DNA from: Vitrella brassicaformis CCMP3155
Lineage: Eukaryota; Protista; Chromerida
Assembly (NCBI GenBank): GCA_001179505.1
Contig: CDMY01000403.1
Coordinates: 1 to 64,000, forward strand
DNA: 64,000 nt
Reading direction: 5' to 3'
Shown: positions 24,171 through 35,467 of the stretch, piece by piece
Numbering within the stretch: the stretch's first letter is position 1
Layout of the letters: every line of letters starts with the position of its first letter
Notes under the pieces: model-generated
What the model was told of the DNA's origin: nothing
The model's database searches: none
Seen by the model: only the letters and a program-made list of their open reading frames with translations
Program-made: the position numbers and the translations under genes

Positions 24171-25036
24171 TCACCAATTCGACGTCCAGATGTCCTTCAC
24201 CATTTCGACCCATATAATTGCCAAAAGCACCAGAAGGGCAACAACCGGATACCCATACAGTGTCCAGGGCAGAAATCCGAATAAGATCATGGAACCCCAA
24301 CCCGGCAGGACCTGGACCACGGCTTTCTTGAATACAAGGGTCAGGCCCAAGATTGGGAAATAGGCGACGGCCGAAGTGATCATGACCTTATTGACACCGC
24401 GTATCATCCCCCGTGCGCCTGTCCATATACACACACAACAAATTGAATGTGTATGGACACTGTCCATCCAGACCAGCAGAGGACACAAAACACGCGTCTA
24501 CGTGCGTGTGTGGGTTTTTTACTGTCAAGATTGATGTCGACACTGGGCAGTGGAATGCTGCTCAGCGACTCTGCATGGAGGCACCGATAGACACACACAT
24601 GACATACATGCCTCTTCTCGTGCACATCTCGGCAGCAAGAGCTCGAGCGACACTCACGTTGCATCAGCTCGATCGCGCCGGGTGTCCTCTCCTCCTGCAG
24701 CCATGCATATCTCGCCTGCAGGTCATTGAGTTGCTCCTGCAGTGTCCTGATGTGCTCGAGCGACGCCCTTTCCCTCTTCTCGGACCTCGCCAGGCGGTCA
24801 GCCAAGGGCAAGCTGGCGTCATCTTCCCACTGAGTGAGTGCATGGACAAAAGCAGATCATCCATCCATTGGATGCATCAGATCAAGTCGCTGCGTGCTTG
24901 CCTGTGTCCGCTTGTCGCTCGGCGGTTGTTTGCCATGGCTGCGCACGACGGCCCGTACTGCCGCATCCATCGACGGCAAAAAAGAATGAATTCTCGGCAA
25001 GATCGACAGAAAGCCGAGCAACAAAAACAGCCGCAT
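24171..25036 (-). CDS. Small signal-peptide + coiled-coil + C-terminal transmembrane protein (family copy A)
   Basis: MRLFLLLGFLSILPRIHSF signal, LARSEKRERASLEHIRTLQEQLNDLQ heptads, hydrophobic last exon (VMITSAVAYFPILGLTLVF…FLPWTLYGYPVVALLVLLAIIW). Paralogue at 27797-28608. Confidence 0.55.
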
Positions 25037-25545
25037 GGTATGCACACCGCCTTCAAACAGACTCATCCGTCGTTTTGTCGTCTCCTCGCGTTCGATTGCG
25101 AGCTCAGAGAGAGGTGTTTTGTCTCTCTCGAATATTTAGAGAAAGGCGCTCGGAGAAGGTGAAAAGAGATCTGTTGTGGTGGTCGATACAGCGATAGGTA
25201 TGATGCGTGACTTTCTTGTCACTCACGCTCTCCTGGTGATGGCCCTGACAGGCGCGTCAGTCACAGGTGATACCCTCCCTCATACACACGGACAGACACA
25301 CACCCCTTGACATCACCTCTTTCATGCACAACTCTGCGCGCGTGTGTGTGTGTTGTGTCCGTCGCTGCAGGCGAAACAGGCGAGGCACGTGATGAGGACA
25401 TAATGGGGACAGTCAGTGTGAGTGAGAGGGCCGACTTGATGTACCCTCACCGAGTTCCGGACTCTCACAACTAATCTGGGGGGCGAGAACTCCGGTGGCC
25501 AAGATGACACTGGTGGGCAGACTTGGCAAACTCGCACTTGACAAT

Positions 25546-25845
25546 NNNNNNNNNNNNNNNNNNNNNNNNNNNNNNNNNNNNNNNNNNNNNNNNNNNNNNN
25601 NNNNNNNNNNNNNNNNNNNNNNNNNNNNNNNNNNNNNNNNNNNNNNNNNNNNNNNNNNNNNNNNNNNNNNNNNNNNNNNNNNNNNNNNNNNNNNNNNNNN
25701 NNNNNNNNNNNNNNNNNNNNNNNNNNNNNNNNNNNNNNNNNNNNNNNNNNNNNNNNNNNNNNNNNNNNNNNNNNNNNNNNNNNNNNNNNNNNNNNNNNNN
25801 NNNNNNNNNNNNNNNNNNNNNNNNNNNNNNNNNNNNNNNNNNNNN
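25546..25845. other. Assembly gap (300 N)
   Basis: Run of N between the two identical repeat copies. Confidence 0.95.
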
Positions 25846-25898
25846 GCGCGTTCATGCAGCCTTTACAGGTCGTCCCACATGGACCTACCAGATGTCCT

Positions 25899-26764
25899 TC
25901 ACCAATTCGACGTCCAGATGTCCTTCACCATTTCGACCCATATAATTGCCAAAAGCACCAGAAGGGCAACAACCGGATACCCATACAGTGTCCAGGGCAG
26001 AAATCCGAATAAGATCATGGAACCCCAACCCGGCAGGACCTGGACCACGGCTTTCTTGAATACAAGGGTCAGGCCCAAGATTGGGAAATAGGCGACGGCC
26101 GAAGTGATCATGACCTTATTGACACCGCGTATCATCCCCCGTGCGCCTGTCCATATACACACACAACAAATTGAATGTGTATGGACACTGTCCATCCAGA
26201 CCAGCAGAGGACACAAAACACGCGTCTACGTGCGTGTGTGGGTTTTTTACTGTCAAGATTGATGTCGACACTGGGCAGTGGAATGCTGCTCAGCGACTCT
26301 GCATGGAGGCACCGATAGACACACACATGACATACATGCCTCTTCTCGTGCACATCTCGGCAGCAAGAGCTCGAGCGACACTCACGTTGCATCAGCTCGA
26401 TCGCGCCGGGTGTCCTCTCCTCCTGCAGCCATGCATATCTCGCCTGCAGGTCATTGAGTTGCTCCTGCAGTGTCCTGATGTGCTCGAGCGACGCCCTTTC
26501 CCTCTTCTCGGACCTCGCCAGGCGGTCAGCCAAGGGCAAGCTGGCGTCATCTTCCCACTGAGTGAGTGCATGGACAAAAGCAGATCATCCATCCATTGGA
26601 TGCATCAGATCAAGTCGCTGCGTGCTTGCCTGTGTCCGCTTGTCGCTCGGCGGTTGTTTGCCATGGCTGCGCACGACGGCCCGTACTGCCGCATCCATCG
26701 ACGGCAAAAAAGAATGAATTCTCGGCAAGATCGACAGAAAGCCGAGCAACAAAAACAGCCGCAT
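25899..26764 (-). CDS. Identical duplicate of family copy A (likely assembly artefact)
   Basis: Same sequence as 24171-25036 shifted by 1,728 nt. Confidence 0.3.
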
Positions 26765-27159
26765 GGTATGCACACCGCCTTCAAACAGACTCATCCGTCG
26801 TTTTGTCGTCTCCTCGCGTTCGATTGCGAGCTCAGAGAGAGGTGTTTTGTCTCTCTCGAATATTTAGAGAAAGGCGCTCGGAGAAGGTGAAAAGAGATCT
26901 GTTGTGGTGGTCGATACAGCGATAGGTATGATGCGTGACTTTCTTGTCACTCACGCTCTCCTGGTGATGGCCCTGACAGGCGCGTCAGTCACAGGTGATA
27001 CCCTCCCTCATACACACGGACAGACACACACCCCTTGACATCACCTCTTTCATGCACAACTCTGCGCGCGTGTGTGTGTGTTGTGTCCGTCGCTGCAGGC
27101 GAAACAGGCGAGGCACGTGATGAGGACATAATGGGGACAGTCAGTGTGAGTGAGAGGGC

Positions 27160-27754
27160 CGACTTGATGTACCCTCACCGAGTTCCGGACTCTCACAACT
27201 AATCTGGGGGGCGAGAACTCCGGTGGCCAAGATGACACTGGTGGGCAGACTTGGCAAACTCGCACTTGACAATGGTCCTTTCGTGCGTTTGTCCATTCGT
27301 TCGTTCGTTCGTTCGTGTGTGTGTGTGTGTGCAGGTGATTCAGTGCGGTCACTTGTGCCCGGCCTCATGGTCGGTGATGGCGATGCGATGGATGCGGAAA
27401 CAGAGCTGACCCGCGAGGGCAGCCCACTCGATGTCGGATCTGGCAGCAGCCACCATAATGGCAATGGCGATTCCACCAGCACCCAGAGGCTTCGGGGTCG
27501 GCCGCCGTGACTGCACTGTTTGCTGTGCGTGTTGATAGATATGAGAAGGGATGCGTGCGTGTTGTTGGCTGCATAATTCAGACATGATTGGTGGATGCAT
27601 GTATGCTTCAACGGGCACGCAACAGGACAGACAGACTGCTCGACAGACAGACTGCTCGATGGATTGACGTCACTCACGCGCACGTGCACGCACAAAAACA
27701 GTGAATTCTCGGGAAGATGGACAGAAAGCCGAGAAAAAAAAAAAACAGCCGCAT
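27160..27754 (-). CDS. Hypothetical protein sharing the family signal-peptide exon (MRLFFFFLGFLSIFPRIH) but with unrelated downstream exons; 3' end undefined
   Basis: ATG at 27754 with the same leader (…gaaggcggtgtg…ATG) as copies A and D. A T12 run keeps the frame. Ser/Pro-rich putative exons follow. Confidence 0.3.
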
Positions 27755-27796
27755 GACGCACACCGCCTTCACACACCCAAGCAGAATCGACCATGC

Positions 27797-28608
27797 CTAC
27801 AGGAGTTCGTCCCACATGCCCTTTGCAATTACGACGAATCCCCCGGCAACACAGATCAACGAGACAACGCTCGCATACCCATACAGTGTCCAGGGCAGAA
27901 ATTCAAAGAAGACCTTGGCAGCCCCAACCCTCGGCCCATCTGGGCTGATGACAAGGATCACCACCCAGATTGGAGCGTAGACAACGGCCGAAGTGAGCAT
28001 GACCTTATTGAAGAGGCGCATCATCGCCACAGCACCTGTCATGCAGACCAGGAGAGGACAGAAAACACGCGTCTATCTGTGCGCGTGTTTTTTCTACTGT
28101 CAAGATTGATGTCGACACTGGGCAGTTGAATGCTGCTCAGCGACTCTGCATGGAAACACCGATAGACAGACACACAGCACCTGTCTTGTGCATATTTCGC
28201 CCAAAGTCGCACTAACATCGCATCAGCTCCCCCATGGATGGCGCCCTCAAGTCCCTCTCCTCCTGCAACCGTTGCAGTTGTGTCTTCAGGTCATTGAGCT
28301 GCTCCTGCAGTGTCCTGATGTGCTCGAGCGACGCCCTTTCCCTCTTCTCGGACCTCGCCAGGCGGTCAGCCAAGGGCAAGCTGGCGTCATCTTCCCACTG
28401 AGTGAGTGCATGGACAAAAGCAGATCATCCATCCATTGGATGCATCAGATCAAGTCGCGGGCTACATGCTTGCCTGTGTCCGCTTGTCGCTCGGCGGTTG
28501 TTTGCCATGGCTGCGCACGACGGCCCGTACTGCCGCATCCATCGACGGCAAAAATGAATGAATTCTCGGCAAGATCGACAGAAAGCCGAGCAACAAAAAC
28601 AGTCGCAT
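27797..28608 (-). CDS. Signal-peptide + coiled-coil + TM protein (family copy D, diverged paralogue of A)
   Basis: N-terminal exons are near-identical to copy A. The last exon is diverged (NKVMLTSAVVYAPIW…FEFLPWTLYGYASVVSLICVAGGF). TAG at 27799-27797. Confidence 0.55.
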
Positions 28609-28672
28609 GATGCACACCGCCTTCAAACAGACTCATCCGTCGTTTTCTTCCATCGGCTTAGCCCGCATTCGA

Positions 28673-28682
28673 TTGCGAGCTC
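28673..28682 (-). promoter_or_regulatory. Candidate promoter motif GAGCTCGCAA (paralogous copy at 25096-25105)
   Basis: 65 nt upstream of the copy D ATG, between it and the helical-repeat gene. Confidence 0.4.
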
Positions 28683-28851
28683 AGCTGGTTGGAGTCGATT
28701 CTCTCCAACTCGATGAGGCGGACACGCCACAACACGATGGAGCTGCACCACTGCTTGTCTGTTCTGCTGTAACGCAGGTGTGACCTGGTTGATCAAACTG
28801 AGGGATCATCGCGGGCCTGCAGCTGGAGATGGCCGCTCTGAAGCCTGTTGA

Positions 28852-31800
28852 ATGAATGCGCCAATCCCTCATTCCCTCATCGCGGCCGCCCTGCTGATCC
28901 ACCTCGTCGTCACAGCCATTTCAGCACCCAGAGCACACGCCTTCCCCCGCAACTCACCCCTCTCATACACAGCTTCCGACAAGCACAGCAGCCAAAGGCG
29001 CCATGTGGCTCTCTATGGCCAGCAGCAGCCGGGCGGCAACCCCATCAGCAGCTTCATTGACGCCTTCACGGGCAAGGCTGCCGCCGAGCAGCGGGCGAGG
29101 GAGAGGGCGGAGACTGAGAGGCGGCGACAGGTTGTCTATTCTCTCGAGGGAGATGTGGACGATGATACGGCGCTTCACGAGGGAGGCAGGACCATGCAAC
29201 GCGAGCTGGAGAGCTGCACGAGTGCCGCTGACGTCCTGACAGCAGTCACTGATGTACAACATGACTCATCTTTTGCCCCTGTTTCGGGAGACTTGCTCCG
29301 GCTCGCGTGGGGACGCATCGAGCACCTCACGCCATCTTTGCGCGCCGCGGCCGAGGTCAAGACCGATCCCAGGCTGCCTCTGCTCGTCCAGCAATCCGTC
29401 GCCAACAGCATCGCCAATCAAGACGCCTCAATCGCGTCGGCGCTGCTCTCCTGTCTGGGCAAGCTGCGGCTGCGCGAGAGGGAGCTGGTCCCCAACGTGC
29501 CGTCGATCATGGGGGCGGCAGACCTAGTGGCTGCCCAGTGGGACAAGATGCCCGTGCGCGCCCTGATGGATGCATTACGGGGCCTTTCACAGCTGGGCGT
29601 GGCGACTGGGCCGCTCCTCTCCCAGCGCATCGATGCCGACACCAACAGGCGGATGCGCACCTTCCTATCGTCGGCTCATCTCTCTTTACGCGACCTGGCG
29701 GACTTCCTCCGGTATGCGACAGTAATGCGGTGGGAGTTTGATCAACTGGCCTCCCCGCTGCTGGTGGCCGCTGCGAGATTGCTCAAGAGGGAGCGCAAGA
29801 GGGGCGGAAGGAAAGGCGAGTGCCACCCACACCTGGCGAGCTTGCTGCATGGGCTGGCGAGGACCAAATGCCATCTCGCGATGGGGCAGAGTGACGACGT
29901 CAGGACGGCATATGAGGGGGTTCTCACTGAGACGGCGACCATTCTGAGGAGCGACCCCACACCGATGGCGGCGAAGGATGTGGCGCGACTGCTCAGGGGC
30001 CTCGCTGTGCTCCAGGAAGACAGCGGCCAAGACGAAAGCAGCGACAAGGAGCACCAATGTTTATTGATGGCGGTGCTGCAGGTCGCCCAGAAGCGTCTCG
30101 TCATCAGCAACGGCACGCAGCCGATCGAGCCGACTGTCCACGTGCTGTCTGCGTTGCAGAGCTTCCCAAGGGGGCAGGGCGGCATTTCTGACGGCCGGCT
30201 GGCGGCGCTGACGGCCCATGTGCACTGCCATGTGAAGCGGCTGTCTTTGCGGCAGGGCGGGGCCATTCTCTCGGCTCTTGCTCGCTTGGACGTACGCGAC
30301 AGTGAGCTGCTCTCTTTGCTTGCTCGCCGCATGGAGGCGCTGATCAAGACGCAGACGGGCAGACAGAAGAAAGGAGCGGTGCAGCAAGGGCATGTCAGTG
30401 ACCCTGCCAGTCCCCTGCTTCCATCCCACTCCCGCCCCTTCGACTCCGAGCACGGCATCACGAGCCCAATCGCTACCGCTGTGTGGGCACTCGGTCGCCT
30501 CAATTACCGCGATATGGCGCTGCTGGAGACGGCAGCCAGCTGGTCGCGTGTGGGATATGGTGGCATGAGTGCTTTGGAGAAAAGCATGATGGTCTGGGGC
30601 TTCGGGCAATGTGGTGTGCGTCCAGAGGGCCTGTTGGTGCGACTGAAGAGGGAGGGGGAGGGGTGGGTCAGCCGGCTGGGAGATAGGGAGCTCGGAATGG
30701 CGGCGGTAAGCTGAGCTGCGCCCGCCCCACCTTTCCTGAGCCGATCATGGTGTGCCGTAATTGTTTGTGTTGCAGGTTGGTCTAGCCAAGATTGGCTTTC
30801 AGTCGCCTTCACTGCTGTCGGCCATCGCCAGGCGGGCCATGTCCCTCTGCGAGCGCGGCCACCTGCCGCCACGTCAGCTGACCAACATCCTCTGGTCCCT
30901 CGGCCGCCTGGGCGTCGTCCACAACCCCTTAATGCGAGCCGCATGCCAAATGCTCACCTCCTCCCCACACCTGTTCCAGCTGCAAGAGGGCATCGGGGTG
31001 CTGCTGGCTCTTGCGTGGCTGGACTACTGTGATGAGAATGTGGCTGCTGTGGTGGCGGGCGAGTGGGAGAGGCGTGTGCAGCAACACGACTACGAGCCGC
31101 AGCCCATAGAACTGACGGCGTTCGTGTGGGCGCTGGGGCGGCTCCGGCCACACCAATGCATCGACAGCCAAGAGCTGCTGACGGCCACGTTGCCGTTCGT
31201 GATCCGCCAATTCGCGGCATTCTCTCTCCCGCAGCTGTGCGACTACATCTGGGGCATCGGTCGCCTGCTCGCCGGCCAGACACAACCACTCACCGTCCTC
31301 TTCCAGGCCATTGGTGAGCCGCTGAGCAGCCGGCTGGCGCAGGCGAGTCTGGCTGTGGGTGTGGGTGACGGCTATGCGGACATGTCATTGATGGACGGCA
31401 GGGGGGAGGAGAGGGAGGGAGGGGTCGGCAGGGAGACGTTTCGCACAGGCGATTTGGCCAAGCTGACCAACACCATGGCGCGTGCGAGGGTAGAGGGGCA
31501 GCACAAGCTGAAAGAGGTAGGCCGAAAGAGGCCATGCAATGCGGTCGTCCGGCTCCACAAAATCGCTGCCTGTCGGTGTTCTTCATGTTCTGTGTATGCA
31601 GGCGCTTCTTTGGCACGTCTCTGACGCATCAACGGTCCGGCAGCTGGACGTCGTGTCCCTGGTGGACATTGCCCAGTCCCTCAGCAAACTCTACGCCTAC
31701 TCTCCCACCTCGCACACGCCACAACAGTCCGACGCCGCGCGTATGCAGCCCATCCTCAAGCCCCTCATGCTCATTGCCGATGAGGTCACCGCACGAGTGG

Positions 31801-32904
31801 CCTCACTGAGAACCGACAACAGCGATCCCGAGCTGAGCCAGCTGACGGCTGAAGAGACTCTCCGCAAGATGTCGATCGTTTTCTGGGCGTTCGGGCGGCT
31901 GCGGTTTCACCACGCGGCCTTTATGGAGGAGTTCTTTGCTTTAATGCTGGCCCTGGTGCCCTGGTCGACAGGGCGGCGGCGCAGGAAGCAGTCTGACCGT
32001 TGTCTGGCGCCTCTCGCGTGGACGCTGTCTGACCACAATTTGTGTCAGGTGTGGTGGGCGATGGGACGGTTGCAGATGAGGGAGGAGAGGGTGCTGGCCG
32101 TCATGAGGGAGGCGCTCTTGCACCGGATGAGGGCAGCGGGTGGGGAGGGAGGGGTCATGAGGGCATCGCATTTAGCGCAAGTGGTGGTTTCTATCGGGCA
32201 GCTACGCATGCCGGACGATCGCAAAGTGCTCGATGACGTGAGTGATACACACCATACTACACAGATCACGCACATTGGCCAATCCTTCCCTTCGTCAGGT
32301 CCGAGACCATCTCGTCTCGTCCGGCCGGCTGGCCACCTTCCCGCCTCGCGAGCTGTCGAATCTCATGGGCGGCCTGGCGGCCTACAACTACAACGATCCC
32401 GCCCTCCTGCACGCAGTGCAGCAACGCTTCGCCGCCGCCCAGCACCTCTTCTCTCAACGAGACAAGATCGAGATGCAAAACGCCTTCACACGGCTCAACC
32501 TGCCCCTCCCTCCCCTGGTCCCCCTCTCCATCCCTTCACCACGACCACGGCCGCCCGACGGGCGTCCTTACAGAGGCAGGGGCGTGCTTTCGACAGATGA
32601 GGACTTCGCCGAACGGGTGAAGGAGGAGGCGGCCTGGAGATCTGGCGTGCATCGGGGCAGCAGGAGCAAGGGTGTGGGTGAGCTCTCGCGGCTGCAGGTC
32701 CAGACGAGAGCTGCGGAGCGGCTGATGGAGTATCTGGTCGGGAGGCCAGAGGGCAACGAGGGAGACAAGGGAGGAGCTGCACAAAGTGCCAACGGGCACA
32801 GTAGTTCGTTTGATGTGGGTGTGCTGGTCAACGGGGAAGGCAAGGGGAACGGGAGGCACGCAGGCAAGAGGAAACGAATAAGGAGTGAAGCAACAAGGCG
32901 GTAG
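28852..32904 (+). CDS. Helical-repeat (heptatricopeptide/octotricopeptide-like) organellar RNA-binding protein with probable bipartite plastid targeting
   Basis: Repeats such as MSALEKSMMVWGFGQCG, LPPRQLTNILWSLGRLG, ELTAFVWALGRL, KMSIVFWAFGRLRF, FPPRELSNLMGGLAAYNY. Consecutive units measure 37, 39 and 37 aa. N-terminus is hydrophobic followed by AHA|F. Confidence 0.8.
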
Positions 32905-33098
32905 ATGTGTGTGATGTGTGTGTGAGCGCTTTTCGGTGTTCATGCTAGGCCATGTCCAGTCCACCCGTGCAAGAGATAGATTTTTCCCTCTACGACTATG
33001 TGGATATGCACACACGGGAATGAATGGGCGGGTGGACTCGACAGCAGCTTTATTCTTCAAAGTGTGGCAATGTGAAGGAGTACTGGCCGTTTTCGGCA

Positions 33099-33118
33099 GG
33101 TTCAGGGTTTAGGGTTTA
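33099..33118 (+). repeat. Short telomere-like heptamer run GG-TTCAGGG-TTTAGGG-TTTA
   Basis: About 2.5 units of TT(T/C)AGGG, the alveolate/plant-type telomeric unit. Confidence 0.4.
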
Positions 33119-33245
33119 CGAGTTCACGAGACGTCGCGATGGAATTTCCACTTTTTCTCAAAAACTCTAGATTTCATTTGAAACACGCTGGTTTTCATCT
33201 TAAACACGCTGGGAAATAGCCAACAACCCACCCCCGGGCTGCTGA

Positions 33246-34054
33246 GTCGCATCCTGGGCGGCAGCCGGCGACACAGCGCGACAGCTTGTCAAGGACTTCA
33301 ACGAGTGGACTGAAAGAGTTGTGGAGCAGTGGTTGGCGGACCGCGCTTGTGTGCTGCTCATTGACGAACTCAACAAGCTGATCACAAAGAACGTCGTGGC
33401 TTCCTGAAGCAGAGCTTCATCGACAAAAAGGAGCGTTACTTCGTTTTTTCGGGCCATTCAGCGCCGACAGGGGGCAAGCTAGCGGTGTTCACTCAGAGCC
33501 CCAGCGACCGTCATCAGGACGGGATGGACGGCGCAAACCGCAAAACAGAGGGCGGCCCCGGCAGCCGCCTCACGCCAGCTTTAGGTTCGCATATGAGGGG
33601 CTTGAGGACGATGAGAAGGAGGAGGGCAACATGGGGAGTTACGCCGCCATCTCAGCCTGTGCGGTGGGACCTGCCCCTGGCTGGTGTTCGGGGGGTCTTT
33701 CGCGGGCAAGGCGGCCGGCGAGTTTGACCTCCCTCTTTCCCTCGAGGATTCTGAAAATGAGCTCGAAGACCGAGCCGTCTCCCTCTTCCTCTCCCTCTCT
33801 GCCTTCAATGCATACCATGCCTTCACGGGAGCCCCCTGCGGCGCACATCGATGCAGGAGACATGCCATTTGACATCGCTCATCAACAATGAGTGTGTCCA
33901 GGACATCGCGAAGGAAGCTGATGGGTACATATTACAAATACCTTACAAAGAGAGCACAAGAAACACACATGTGTATATGTGTGTTTCAGCCGATAAGTCC
34001 ATCGTCAAGGAGTCAGACGCCATCCGCATCTACAATGCATGCTGGAATGGCTGA
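33246..34054 (+). pseudogene. Decayed Crinkler (CR)-effector-type P-loop NTPase fragment
   Basis: Walker-B-like ACVLLIDELNKL, then a frameshift to GFLKQSFIDKKERYFVFSGHS…KLAVFTQSPSDR. This resembles (from memory) protist crinkler-family NTPases. Multiple stops and frameshifts; no Walker A seen. Confidence 0.45.
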
Positions 34055-34651
34055 CAATCCTATGGCGGACAACAAGCCGGAGATCGGACCCGGCATTGCG
34101 TAGAAGACAGTCCATTCCGGTGATAGTGAAGTGCTTCAAGGCTGGCATCAACACCAGGTACATATCGCCAGTTGAACTACATGTACATGTCCACCAGACC
34201 CTCATCGAGCATCGCCGTCACTCGAACGGCAAGGCCAATGAAGAGAGTCAGGTCAGTCAAGGCGGGCCGCTTTGCAATGATGACTGACTCACTGCATACG
34301 ATGTCATGTCACTGTCAGTGCTTCACCCAGTTCAGCCTTGTTTTCGAGCGTCAAGAGAGCCGACGGTCTACCTTCCTACGCAGCCGACAACAACGCGACA
34401 AGAAGGCGGGCGTCGGCCGTGCTTTTGGCTGCTGCGGGTGCAGAGTGAGGTCAGCTGTGGATCGCATGACCGCATTCGGCAAAGCCGAGCTGCTCGGGGG
34501 CATTTGCGAGGGGGTGACGAGGCTGCCTGTACAAATGTGGTGTAATCCATGGCGGTATGCCTTCCCGCGAGTCATGCCTTCCAGCGAGCCGATTCAGACG
34601 ACGTAGTGGAAGTCAGCGACACAGAGACATACACAGACGAGTTCAGCGTGC

Positions 34652-35135
34652 TTGGTTCACGTCTTCCTGTTCGACTATGACGACACGTACGCCAGACACA
34701 ATCAGTTGAGAGCTACATGCATCCATCCATCCCCGTGCTGCTGTATGTGTATCTGTCCTCTCTCGGTGCTCTGCGCAGGCTATTCCCCACCTCTGCACAC
34801 GACAGCATGGAGGAGGCGGTCCGGAAAGGGACCATGACAGAGAAGGAGGGGCGGGCAATACTGGCCAAGTGCGCCGGATCGGCCCTGCGGCTGCTGGAGC
34901 GGTGCGTCCTGAGGGGCCAGGTCATCATCTGCTCCAATGGCGACCGCTCCTGGTGAGTGGGTGGGTGGGTGGGTGGACAACCGACATGCCGTGTGTGTGT
35001 GCCAATGTGCAGGCTGGAGGAGTCGCTGGACGGGGAGGCCTACCAGGAGCTGAGGCAGTTCCTGAAGGCCAGGGCCATCCCCGTCCTCTCCGCCAGGGAG
35101 CACGCACGGCTGCAGGGACTCATCGAGTACGAGTC
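34652..35135 (+). pseudogene. Truncated copy (three exons with introns) of the HAD-like gene at 3887-6087
   Basis: VFLFDYDDT|LFPTSAHDSMEEAVRKG…CSNGDRSW|LEESLDGEAYQELRQFLKARAIPVLSAR. Introns are alignable with 4136-4228 and the gap intron. It lacks the first exons and motif IV. Confidence 0.7.
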
Positions 35136-35467
35136 CGGATCACCACGCCACACTCCTGGCTCCCTGTCTCTCTCCCTAGTGTGCGTGCCATGCAGGGCGC
35201 CGGAAGAGCACTGGCAGCACACCCAAGAGACAATTCATCGCTGCTTGCATTTTATATCTGACTGTCTTGTGGGCAAACCATCTCGCCTCCGCAAAAACAG
35301 ATATGCACGCGGAAAATGGGATATTGATGACTTCTTACATACACACATAAATAAAGCGTTCGCTGGTAGACGAGCTGTACAGACCAATCATACCCCTAGG
35401 TGGGTGTGTGTTGCCACGCGCATGTCTATATCACAAATGTCTGTCTATCATCTCACACACATCACAG

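Larger units (their letters stand above)
24118..27273 (+). repeat. Apparently identical 1,428-bp direct repeat (24118-25545 and 25846-27273) separated by a 300-N gap; probable unmerged contig overlap
   Basis: Constant offset of 1,728 nt and identical ORF translations. Each copy ends or starts exactly at the gap edge. Confidence 0.9.

Noticed and set aside
24830-24901. Putative GC-AG intron (CAG|GCAAGC) in family copy A
   Set aside because: An in-phase canonical GT donor (GCA|GTACGG) exists upstream, so a non-canonical donor is not required. It needs spliced reads.
24118-27273. Perfect 1,428-bp tandem duplication as a biological event
   Set aside because: The copies look identical and abut a fixed-length 300-N gap exactly, which is the signature of an unmerged contig overlap. 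Read depth would settle it.
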